Shown in pieces: positions 24,971 through 35,876 of a stretch of DNA of 64,000 nt. Location of the stretch: contig NC_091474.1 of assembly GCF_036971445.1 (NCBI RefSeq), forward strand, positions 133,796,001-133,860,000, in the 5' to 3' direction. The position numbers were made by a program, and so were the translations under genes. The notes below the pieces were generated by a model. The model was not told the DNA's origin and did no database searches. It saw only the letters and a program-made list of their open reading frames with translations. The stretch is from Narcine bancroftii (lineage: Eukaryota). The first letter of the stretch is position 1; each line of letters begins with the position of its first letter.

Positions 24971-25247
24971 AGCTGAGTTTTAAATGCTTTGCCATATCTG
25001 ATCTTATTTTCAAAGCTGATACAGTTTCTTGACAAATCTATATTTCTGTAATTTTCTAAAAAATTAATTTCAATTTCTCGTATTCCCACAGCTATTTTGA
25101 ATTGTATGTAGAAAATCACTCACGCATTCCAATATCTTTTGGGAGCAGGGAATTTGAAATAAGTCTTTTGGATTGAACATTCACTTCTGATTGGAAATCC
25201 AACTTCTTCTTGGTGAAATTAATGTCTTTATAAAGATTGGGAACCAA

Positions 25248-25380
25248 GCTCCATTATGGGATTGGAATTCAGCCACTGGTCCTGCTCCATTTGGAGACTG
25301 GAATTCCAGTGCTGCTTCTACTCCTTTTGGGCAGTGGGAAACTGAAGCTTCTTCTGCATATGGTGAGAGGGATCTCAGTG
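25248..25380. repeat. Diverged tandem repeat with units of 36, 36 and 33 bp plus a partial fourth unit
   Basis: Units start at 25248, 25284, 25320 and 25353 (GCTCCATT..GG.GA.TGGAATTC). Confidence 0.7.
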
Positions 25381-26130
25381 TAACCCTTTCTCCAAATTAC
25401 AATGAAAATAAAGGAGTAGTGTGTCAAGGTCTGCAGATAATTAAAGGGCTACATCATTTGTAACTGAGAAGGAGTGGAGAGATGAGACACAAGTGAAAAG
25501 TGGAGAGGAGGAAGAATGTCAGCAAGGTGGCACCATTATGAAAAGCATAAGACTACATACAACAGAGTAGTAATTATTGTGCATTCTGGTCCAGGTCAGG
25601 GAAAGCACTGAATGACAAAGGGGGATTTAGAGACACAATGTACTTTTATGATAAAAATTTGTGTGCAGCTCCAAGGAGAGATCTTTTGAAAATTAGCCAG
25701 TCACAGGGATAAGCGGTGGGATGTGGGGAGATTAGGTGCAAAGGCCAAGTCCAAATTAGAGCATTGATGGAATGTATGAATTTCTGCTTTTTTATTAATT
25801 GAACAGTGCAAGATAATCTACTCACTTTTGAGGATATTGATGATATTAAGCAAGAGCTATACATTACTGGGCAAGGAAGAGACTTCTCTGGAGAGTACTG
25901 ATGTACACAATCAACAACACTAAAGAAGAATTTCAAAATGATGTGGTCTTCAAGGGTCTGCTACTTTTTTTTCTTGCTCTCTTCGCCACAAAGCCACTAT
26001 CCATATCACTCCTTGTGATTTCCAGCCTTTATTGCAGGGTCTGGTGCAATTCACTGAGCCACACACATCTTTGCAAAAACCTTTTGAGTTTTATAAAGGT
26101 CTTATTATACCCTGCCTTGATGCCTTATAG

Positions 26131-26494
26131 CAGTGGTTCTCAACCTTTTTCTTTCCACATATATACTATACTATGCCACAGGTACTCTGTGATTAGTAAG
26201 GGATTGCTTAAGGTGGCATGTGAATGGAAAGAAACAGGTTGAAAACTACTGTTTTTATCGTACCTAATTGACTCTTTATGTGCACAGTTTCATCACTCCA
26301 AAGGAAATGGGCCAATGACATTTTTCACAAGCAAAATATTGGAGTAACTATTGGGTGTAGAGCAGTGATTCTCAACCTTTTTTTTTCCTACTCACATACC
26401 ACTTGAGATAATTCCTTTCAGATCACAGAGCACTTATGGCATAGGGATTACTTCAGGTGGTATGTGAGTGAAAGAAAAAATTATTAAACCATTG
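26131..26494. mobile_element. Non-autonomous hAT (Charlie/MER5-like) composite MITE
   Basis: TIR CAGTGGTTCTCAACC. 8-bp TSD CCTTATAG (26123-26130) / CCTTAGAG (26495-26502). Two internal TIR-bounded cassettes. Confidence 0.85.
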
Positions 26495-26789
26495 CCTTAG
26501 AGGCTTGCAAGTATATCTTGGATCTCAATACACCCACTCCAATTTTCACTCAACGATGCCAGTGTGAATGCTTGTCAGAGTAGTTTGCAGGATTGTCAAG
26601 GTGTATGGCTGGGATAATGAGTGAAAACTGCATACCCAAGAAAATAATAAAAATTAAAACAATAGCTTTTGGCATTAGTTATGCTATGGAGCAACGGGTG
26701 TGAGTACATACTCCTTCTTTGATTGATTAATGGTGGCTACACATGGAGGCTCCTTAGGCCTATGATTTTTAGGACAAGGATTGAAGCGT

Positions 26790-27068
26790 GTCTGCTTAGG
26801 ACAGAGATACAAAGGAATTTATATTGCCAGTGGGTTGTAAATCTGTGGAATTTGTGCCACAGAAAGTATAGAGACCATCTTTGGATGCATTTAAGGTAGA
26901 GATTGATAGATTTTTTTGATTAGCCGGGGCATCGTGCGTTATGGAGAGAAGATTGGGCAGTGGGGCTGAGTGAGAAAATGGATCAGCTCTTGATTAAATG
27001 GCTGGGCAGACTCAATGGGCTGAATGGCCTATTTCTGATCCTATGTCTTATGGTCTTATAGTCTTATG
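26790..27068 (+). mobile_element. CR1 3' end with (TCTTATGG)n tail
   Basis: 'VVNLWN', 'FKVEIDRF' and a tandem 8-mer tail. Confidence 0.75.
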
Positions 27069-27389
27069 ATTTGGGACATTGGCTGATAAATTCTGGTGCT
27101 CAATTGAACAGATCACATGCGTCTTCATTCTGATAACACCTCCTTTCCTTTGGTAGCATCTCTTAACCACCTCATTCAGTAATCTGCAGCTTGCACCTCT
27201 CCGATCTTGGCCCTGGCATGACATCTGAAATCTCCATGCAACCTGTCTCAAATGGCCACCAATGGCTCCCTTGCCCCTCCCCAGCTCGTCGACACCGAGG
27301 CCAGTGTTGGTGCATGTGATGTATCATTGATTAATTAAATTAATGCACCTCAATGCACATGGTCTGTGCATGTTTCAGTGCACTATTTA

Positions 27390-27600
27390 TAAAGATGGCT
27401 GGAGAAACTCAACAAGTCAGACAGTGTTCATTATGTAGCAAAGATAAATATATATAACCAATGTTTTGGGCCTGAGCCCTTTATCAAGCTATGAGCCTGA
27501 ATAAAATAGTGGGGTGAAGGACACGGGGAGGAGTATGAGCCTACAGGAAAGAGGCCAGAGGTGGATTATGGGTAAGAGGGCATGAGAGAGAAAAAGCTAT
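27390..27600 (-). mobile_element. Penelope-derived terminal repeat
   Basis: Reverse complement of the 'CTTGA..AAGGGCTCAGGCCC.AAAC' module and of the 'CTG.TGAGTTTCTCCAGC' tail. Confidence 0.65.
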
Positions 27601-27603
27601 GAA

Positions 27604-28795
27604 GTGGTGCTGCCTCATGTACTCGCTGCTAACTTTCACCCTGACTTCAAATTCACGAAGTCAATCTCTGGCAACACTCTCCACTTTTTTGATCTCTATC
27701 TCCATCTCAGGAGACAAACATTCTGCAGATATTTCTTGACAAACCCATCAACTCCACAATTACCTCGACGAAACTTCTTCACACTCTATTCTATTCTCTC
27801 AATTCTTTCATTTCCATTGTATCTGCTCCCAGGATGAGGTCTCCCATTTCAGATCATCTGAGATGTCTTCCTTCTTAAAAAAAAGAGTATCTTCCTCTCT
27901 ACTGCCATAAACTCAGCCTTTACCCACATCTCCTCCATTTTTTGCACATCTGCTCTGGTCCCCTCTGCCCCAGATGTAACAAAAACAAAATTTCCCTCGT
28001 CCTCCACCCACCAGCCTCCATATCCAACACATTATCCTCTGCGATTTTGGCAACCTACAATAAAATTCCACTACCAGACACATCTTTCCTTCTCTTCCCC
28101 TCAATTGCTTCTATAGGGACAGCTCCCTCCATGACTGCCTTGTCCACTTATCCATTCCCATTAATCATCCCCTTGCTACCTACCCCTGTGACTGTAGGAA
28201 GTGCTACACTTGCATCCACACCTTCTCCCTCACCATCATTTGGGGCCCCAATTTGTCCTTCCAAGAGAAGCAACACTGAACACTTCACTAAAGTGTGATC
28301 AAAAGCAAGGAGATACCTGGGGATGGACAGGGGGAGGAGCACAGAGCCACAGACAAGAGACCATAGATGGATTTGGGTGGAGAGCATTTAAAAAAAATGA
28401 TGGGAAGTGACAGAGGAGGGGATAACTCTCTGAATGGAGAGGGAAGAGGGTATGGAGTGGGAGGAAAGGAGAGAGAAGGTTAGGAAAAGAGATAGATGGG
28501 GAAGGACCTAATGGAATATGGAGAAGTCAATGTTAATGCCATTCAACTGGAGAGTGCACTGACAAAATATTAAATGCTGTTCCCCCAATTTGCACGTGGC
28601 CTTAGTTTGGCTGGTCATGAGGTCATGGAGAGACTTGTTGGTGTGGGAGTTGGGAATGGAAATGAAATGGTTGGCCACTGGGAGGTCCCCATTACTGCAG
28701 CAGGCAGAGCAAAGGTGCTCAATGAAGCATGACCTGCTGAGATTTTTTTCAGCACTTTTGTGTCAACAATCACAGAATCTGCATATTTTCTTGTT
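27604..28795 (+). mobile_element. Penelope-like element 3' half with an internal inversion (about 28277-28728)
   Basis: 'AANFHPDFKFTKSISGNTLHFFDL' (RT thumb) and the Cys-rich linker 'PCDCRKCYTC' are on +. The GIY-YIG end and UTR are on -. The tail is back on +. Confidence 0.8.
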
Positions 28796-29849
28796 TAGTG
28801 CCATTAAATTAACATTGTTGATAAAAAAAACTCAGCTGATTGGGACTCAATGATTAGGTTATCCTGACCATTCTTGACTTGGTAATTTCCATGTTTTCGC
28901 ATAGATGCTTGTTGGTTTTATGCAGGCATGATCTCATTGGAAAACAGCTGGTTCTCCAAGTTTGGATAACTAAAGCCAAGATGTTTCATGGCTCATTGCT
29001 TTTTCCACATCTGGTCTACTGAACCAGTTCTTGACGACACATAGATTGACTCCAATTAGCTGATGTGGCAAAGGCAAACCAGGAATGGCAGGATGCTGAG
29101 AGTCATAATCTCCTTGGCTTTCCTGCTTGAAGGTGGTTGCAAATGCATCAGCCAACACATTATCCCAATTGGTACAAGCCACTGAGGTAATTGGAAGATG
29201 CAGAAGATTTCTCATGCAGAAGATTGTTACGATCTGGAATGGACTGACATAAAGTTGAGTGAAAGCAGAATCATATAAATGTTTGATGAGGGAATTCAAT
29301 CACTACTCAACTAGTAAACAGCTTGAGGGCTCTGTGGAAAAAATGGGGGGGGGGGGGAAAGACATTCAATGGAGAGCTATTTCAAAATGCCATCATAAAG
29401 GCAAGAAATGGAATGGCTTCATTGTTTGGAGAACAGTCCTATGGTTCTTTTCAGATTGCTCACATGAGATCTTCTGAAAAGGATAAAAATGGATTTCTGC
29501 TGACGTTTGTCTTGTGTGTCTTTCCACAGAATCTTATTATTTTGTCAAAATATCACCAAAATTTACTCTGACTGTTAGCTGCACCATCCCACAAGCAGCA
29601 GGAGATGACTAATCAGCTAATCTCTTTTTATGGGGGGGTGTTGGCTGAAGCAAAACTCATTGCTTTTGAAGTGGTGACAGACCTCTGCTACTCTTTAAAT
29701 TCTACTATTGAAAGTACTTTTCTTTTTCAATATTTTTATTAACATTGAAATTTCCCATCCAAAAATACAGAATGCTTACAGATATATGTTAAAAGTCAAG
29801 AAGAAACATTACACAAATCATATCATTTCATCTAAGTTACCCCACATTT

Positions 29850-30390
29850 AATCAAGCAGATTAGGAGACTGGGAGATCGCTTCACTCAGCACCTATGCTC
29901 CCTTCACAATCACAGCGACCTCCCAGTGGCCAACCACCTCAATTCTGAGTCACACTCCCGCACTCACGTGTCTGACCATGGCCTTGTGTACGAGCCCACC
30001 CTGACCACCAACACATTGGAACAAAACTTTATTTTGCATCTGGACATCCTCCAGCCAGATGGCACTAACATTGACTTTAGTGCTTTCCACTAAATCTGCT
30101 TGCTTTTCCTTTCCCCTTCCCTTTTCCTGTTTTTTCAGTTCCTCCATCCATCCAGACATCCCCCCTTCCCCTCATTGGTGCTGTCCCCTCCCTCCTTTCT
30201 CCACCTATCATCCCTGCCTTTGCCAACTCCTCCCCCCCCAACTCCTTTGTTGGATGTCAGCCAGCATTTTCTCATACTTTGATGAAGGGCTCAAGCCATT
30301 TAAGTTGGTTCTGTATCTGTTTGACCTGCTGAGCTTCCCCAGCATTGTGTGTTTTTTTTTACTTCAACCACAGTGGCTACAGAATTTTGT
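29850..30390 (+). mobile_element. Penelope-like element 3' end
   Basis: GIY-YIG C-terminal motif 'RRLGDRFTQHL...LPVANHLNS', then the terminal module TTGATGAAGGGCTCA at 30279. Confidence 0.8.
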
Positions 30391-30399
30391 GATTTATTT

Positions 30400-30880
30400 A
30401 TATTGTATTGATATTTTATTATTTGATTATAAAAAAGGAAACTCTAAACTTATGACCAAGAAAGAAGCTGTTGAGTTAAAACAAAGACAGAATTCTGATC
30501 AGAGTGATAAATTACCTCATGAGTCAATATTTTTACTTCATATTAAATCAAAGATTTAAAAAAAACTCACAGTGTTAGAAAATTTGAATTCAATCAGAAA
30601 TTGAACGTCTAATCTTCTCTAAATTTAAAAATGACATGACATCACATAACCATCTGAGCAACAGCGCCCGTCTCGCCTTAAGAGAAATAAAAGCTAATAC
30701 ATGCAGCTCTGATGCCGTTAACATTACGTCATTCTCTCCAACAACACCAAATAAAACAGTTAAGGGATTAGGTTTAAAATTAACTTTGTAGTATAAAAGT
30801 GTAGAGAAAGTTTGAAATACTTGGTTCCAATATTACTCAAGACTCTGGAATGTTCAGAGTATATGAATTTAATGAAGCAT
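30400..30880 (-). mobile_element. Old L1 3' fragment
   Basis: The minus strand resembles the L1 ORF2 C-terminus (W..DVMSC.FLNLEKIR) followed by an A-rich end. Confidence 0.55.
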
Positions 30881-31509
30881 CTTCATTGTACTTTTCAACA
30901 GAATAATCTCATTTTAAAAGGATCAGTCCACTCTCCAAAGGCATTTCATGCCTTCACATTGACAATTATGCAGCTATTTCAGTTCATAGAGTCATAGTCA
31001 TACAGAATGTAAATAGTCTCTTTAGCTCACGATGCCAACGTCAAGCATCCACTTAGAGTCATCGAGTTTTAAAGGATGGAAACAGGCCCTTTAATCCAAC
31101 TCATCCATTCTCCCCAAATCCCCATCAAATTTCCAACATATTCTACCATCAGCCTGCATAGTGAAAGCATTGAAGTGGTCAACTAATCTCCTAACCTGCC
31201 CTTCTTTGGAATGTGAGACAGAATCAGGAGGAGGACCACTCAGGTCAGGTTTAAATCCAGGTTACTAGGGTTGAGAATTTTCAGGTGTCAGCTCAATGTA
31301 GGAATTTTTCATTTACAGCCATTCTTAATAGTTTTGCAAATGCTCCCTTTCCAACTATCAATTCACTTCCCTTTTTGAAGCTGTCATTTAATCTGTCTTT
31401 GCCACTCTTTCAAGCAATGCCATTCAGAAGTAAATCAGAGCAGAAGAAAAAATGCCTCATTGCTTTTCCCCTCCTAAAATAAAAATTGTGAGGGCAAAGG
31501 TAACACCTG

Positions 31510-31650
31510 TCCATACTTTGATGAAGGGGTCAGGACCGAAATGTTGGTTACTGTTTACTTTGTATAGATGCTGCATGACCTACTGAGTTTCTCCAGTAAG
31601 TGTTTGTATTGCCCAACAATTTCAGTTTCTGCAGACTTACCTGTTTAACC
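31510..31650 (+). mobile_element. Short Penelope-derived terminal module with a hammerhead-like core
   Basis: TTGATGA-AGGGGTCAGGACC-GAAA-TGTTGG at 31518-31547, then GATGCTGCATGACCTACTGAGTTTCTCCAG. Confidence 0.7.
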
Positions 31651-33480
31651 TGTCCTTCTTCTCCAGCTATTCCTTGGGATTGAACCTGAACTCCCTCCCT
31701 CCAGTTTAGTGTGTTTTACAGTAATGAATAAGGCCAGTGGAAATCTTCTATCAATGGGGTACAGAGTACTTGCTGGCATGTGCCAGTGAACAGGTTGTTA
31801 AAGGTCTGAGATCCTGTGGGTACCTGGTTGATAGAAATGAGGTTCTCATCTGCCCAACCAACTCGCATATTGAGGATAAAACAGGAGAAAATCACTGCTT
31901 CTGAATCTCAGCCCCCAGCAAATACCTTGGAAATGGGATCAAGGTAGATGGATGGACAAGCAGCATAAATCAGCTTGATTGCAGTGAATCCAAACACAAT
32001 CTGCTGGAGGAATCAGCATCAGTGCGAGAAAAAGAATGGCTGTTATTTCAATCCAAATGTCATCAGGACATTTCAACTCGAGTCTTCAACCACTTTTTTT
32101 TTCCCCTCTCGTGGATGCTGTCTGACCCAGTGAGTTCCTCCAGCAGATTGTGCTTGGCATCAGATTTCAGAATTTTTACTCTCATTTGAATTGAATGGTA
32201 GGGTAAGTCAAGCATCTGAAGGGTCCACCTTAATTTCTTCATTCTTATGATTTACATTAAATGGTTAATAAATTAAAAAGTAATACCGAAAGTAGCAGCA
32301 CAAAGCTCTCCAATTCCCTAATTTCTCTGGCTCTCCAGACCAAGTAGTTATAGGGCCACTGAAATGATTCATCTGCAGTCAGGATTCGTTTTGAATCACA
32401 AGTGTTTGCCTTCACATTACAACCTTCCAAATCTGCATGGCCCATGTTCTTAATTAATTAGTGTTTGCCTGAGTGAATAGTACAAGTTGAAGTATAGTTT
32501 CCATATTCAAATTACCCCAAAAAACTGAACTCCATGGAGATTTTTATATTCATATCTTCAGCTGACATGTCCTCATGAGTCAAACTCCCAACGCCAGTTC
32601 CAAGATTACTGTGAGTTAGCAGAACACAGGACCTTTCAACTTCCAAACCTTCAAAATGACCTGAAGGAATTGCCAACCATGAAATTGTTTTTTTTTATCC
32701 TGAATTATCATTGTTGCAGACAATCATACCACAGTCTTGTCCAAACTAGACAACCAGCCAATTGGATTTCAGGGATTAGGTTAAGAAAAAAAGTCAAGGA
32801 TGTTTCTCCTGTTCTCTTTTGAATTAAATATTCCTGCTTAATAGATTGCAACAATCTGTGAAGATATGACCTTAATTAATTATTGATTATAATTTTCTGC
32901 CACAATTATATCTCACACCTCAAAAGATGAATAAAAAAAACCCAGAATTTTCTGATTGATGTTTTAGATGTGATAGAGATGTTGGTCCCTTTTCACATTC
33001 TGCCTTGTTATGCACAAAATTAAGACCCTTTTGGATAGAATAGGAAGAAATGTTGACAAAAATTATGGGGATGAATTTCCCTCTGGACCCAGAATTGTTT
33101 CTTCTGGGGAATTTGGCAGTTATAAAAGTTAACTTCTCCAGAAGTCAATCTAAGTACATTAAAATTGCATAGTCAATAGCCAGGAAATGTATAGCAATAA
33201 CATGGAAATCTGATTCTCTACCTTACATTGATCATTAGAATATGGAAGTGCAAAGTTGTAATCCCTTTAAGAAGATTATTTATAGTCTTAGGAATAGATA
33301 TAGTATGTTAGTTGAAATTTGGCAACCTTTTTTAGATTACTTAAATGCCCAGATTGAATAATTTATTTTGATATTTGTCAATTAGTATTCCTTATTAGAA
33401 ATGTAATACTTTTAAAATGATGTGACTCTGAGATGTTGTACCTTGCACCTGTTGCTTTTTCTTTTTTTTTTTAAATCTCC

Positions 33481-34301
33481 TGTTACAGAGTCCAGAGGAC
33501 CCCAAAACCCAGCAGCAATAGATATGCACCACAACACAGGGTTACTTAAACCATATAACCATATAACCATATAACCATATAACCGTTTACAGCACGGAAA
33601 CAGGCCATGTCGGCCCTTCAAGTCCGTACCGGTATAAGTGTAGTTTTTAATTTTATTTGAACAAGAAAACAGAATTAAACTTTAACTTATTATTTAACCT
33701 ATCTAACTACTTAATCCCCCCTCTAATACTAAGCGCAGGTGTGTGTAATCTATATTTAAGATTAGAAAAGTTCTTTGGATCACAATCCAATTTCATTGGT
33801 TGCAGGCAATTCTTGTACTGTGCACAGAGTTAGCATTAACAAAGTTCACCAGTCTTTGGTGCTTAACAAACAAATGATTACCACTCAGGAGGGTTCTTGC
33901 TGGTTTTCAGAGAGAGATTCCTTTTCCAGGACAACCACAACTGCTTCCTCCTTAATCACTCTTGCTGATGAAACTTGCCCCCTTCAGGGTTCTCCAGATG
34001 ATCCTCTTTCTTTCAGGTCAACTTTCACACCGCCAGTCTTCTCCTTCGACCAGGCAGCCTTCCAAAGTTTGCCAGCTTGTCCTTCTTGAACTGATTACTG
34101 TTTTCTCTCTCTCTCTGAGAGCAAAACTGTTCTCCTCCACCTGCAAAGATCACATGCTCTCCCAGGCATGTTGCTGTCAATACTTTGTTGCCTCCTGCAA
34201 AAAGCATTCTGCAAAAGTCTTGCAAATATTCTGTTTTAAAATGTGTGTGTGCAAGCTGCTCTAACAATTCCTCCCAAACCACCTCTAAATACTCTGTCAC
34301 A
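33481..34301. mobile_element. Solo LTR
   Basis: TGTTACA...TGTCACA termini. Perfect 4-bp TSD CTCC (33477-33480 and 34302-34305). Confidence 0.9.
33551..33633 (-). mobile_element. Very short, young CR1 3' end with (GGTTATAT)n tail inserted into the LTR
   Basis: (CCATATAA)4 followed by ACAGCACGGAAACAGGCC. Absent from the related LTR at 34851. Same family as 56237-56312. Confidence 0.8.
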
Positions 34302-34850
34302 CTCCCCCTATTCCCTGCCATCTGTCCCCTTTTCTTATGAATCTGGGGAGGGGGTTCAAGGAGAAGAAAGACTCTCCTTTCCTTTTTATATTTTTTTGGA
34401 CCTTATGAATGTTTTTTTTATGATTTTATATTCAATGTATTATTGTTATTATGTGAATTGAATCCTATATTCTGTATTTTCTTAAAACTTAAATAAAATA
34501 TTCAATGAAGATATGTAACAACATTTCCTAAGATCACACTCAATATCTGTACTCCTCAGTCCCATTATTATACTCCCTCTGCATGAGAGATGATACAGCT
34601 AAATATTGTTCCAAATTCACCTTTAAATTTGCTAACAACACTACAGTAGAGAAGCTGATATCAAATAACAATGAGCCCTTAGTGGACCTGATGTGGACAG
34701 CAAGGACTTTACCAAGGTCTTTAGCAATGTCTCACATGGGCTGTTTAAAGGAAAAAGAACCATTATTTTTTGTAACCCAAGGACACCATTAAGTACTTTA
34801 TTATAGCCAATGAATACTTGGAAATTTAATAAATGTTGAGGGGCAGGTAG

Positions 34851-35876
34851 TGTTACAAGCCCAGAGGACTCCAAAACCCAGCAGCAACAGAAATCCACCA
34901 AGACAAATGGTTACTTAAACAAAGGTTGTTTTTAATTATCTTTGAACATGAAAACAGGATCAAACTCTAACTTATTACTATTAACTTACTTAACCTAACT
35001 TAACCCCCTTCTAATTCTAAGTGCACGTGTATGTAATGTATGTGTAAGTTTAGAAAATTTCATTAATTTACATTCCAATCTCACTTCTCACTCCTCCAAG
35101 TTCACTGGTTGCAGGCAATTCTTATACTGTGCACAGAATTTAACATTTATGAAGTTCACCAGGCTTTAGTGCTTGAAAGGTAAATGGTTACCACTCAGGA
35201 TCTTGTTGGCTTTCAGAGAGAGATTTGTTCTTCACCGGACACAAACTGATTTCTTTCAATCAGCCACATCAGTGTCTTGCCGAAGAAACTTACCCCATCA
35301 GGGTTTTCCAGATGATAACCTCATTCTTGCAGGTCACCACTTAGTTACTTTTTGTTTCCCTTATTTCAAGTGAAATATTAGGCAGCCAATCCTCTCTTGT
35401 ATGGACCACAAGGGCTTTGACCAAGCTGAACTAAGCATTCACAATCCATCTTCAAAATGGGGTTTTTCCACAAGCTTTCCGGCTTGTCCTGTTCCAGTCT
35501 CAGCTGCTGCTGCTGAACTGAATTTTCTCTCTTTCTCTCTCACTCCCAGAGAAAAGCCGGTTTGACTCTCTATGCTTGCAAAAAACACATGACCCTCCTA
35601 GAGCAGCAAACTGCTCTCAGACAGCCTGCAGCTCCGAACCCTATCCTCCGAGTTCTTTCATTTGTTGTTTTTAGAAACAACAATCCATTAATGAAGTCCC
35701 TTGGGCACTCCTCAAAGTTTTTTGCAAAGGCACTCACAGCTGCCTTGTCTGGCTTGAGCAGAGCTCCAGTCTTTTAAATGAGATCTGTTTTTAAGTGTCT
35801 GTATGTGACCTACACTAAAAAACCTGCCACAATTTATCTCCCAACAACAATATAAAACACAACATAATCTGTCACA
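34851..35876. mobile_element. Solo LTR related to 33481-34301
   Basis: TGTTACA...TGTCACA termini. Perfect TSD GTAG (34847-34850 and 35877-35880). Shares 'CCAGAGGAC.CCAAAACCCAGCAGCAA' and further blocks with the first LTR. Confidence 0.9.

Larger units (their letters stand above)
32960..34505 (+). mobile_element. L1 3' fragment split by a solo LTR
   Basis: 'FPLDPELFLLGNL...ARKCIAITWKSD' matches the L1 ORF2 end. The UTR continues after 34305 to AATAAAA near 34495. Confidence 0.7.

Noticed and set aside
25248-25380. CRISPR-like periodicity of about 36 bp
   Set aside because: The units are contiguous and diverged, with no unique spacers, no cas genes and a vertebrate context.
30059-30559. 166-aa ORF on +
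   Set aside because: It runs through a pyrimidine-rich Penelope UTR into an L1 tail and is low complexity.
33481-35876. Possible short two-LTR element (TRIM-like)
   Set aside because: Each LTR has its own TSD, and the spacer is L1 UTR and other host sequence.
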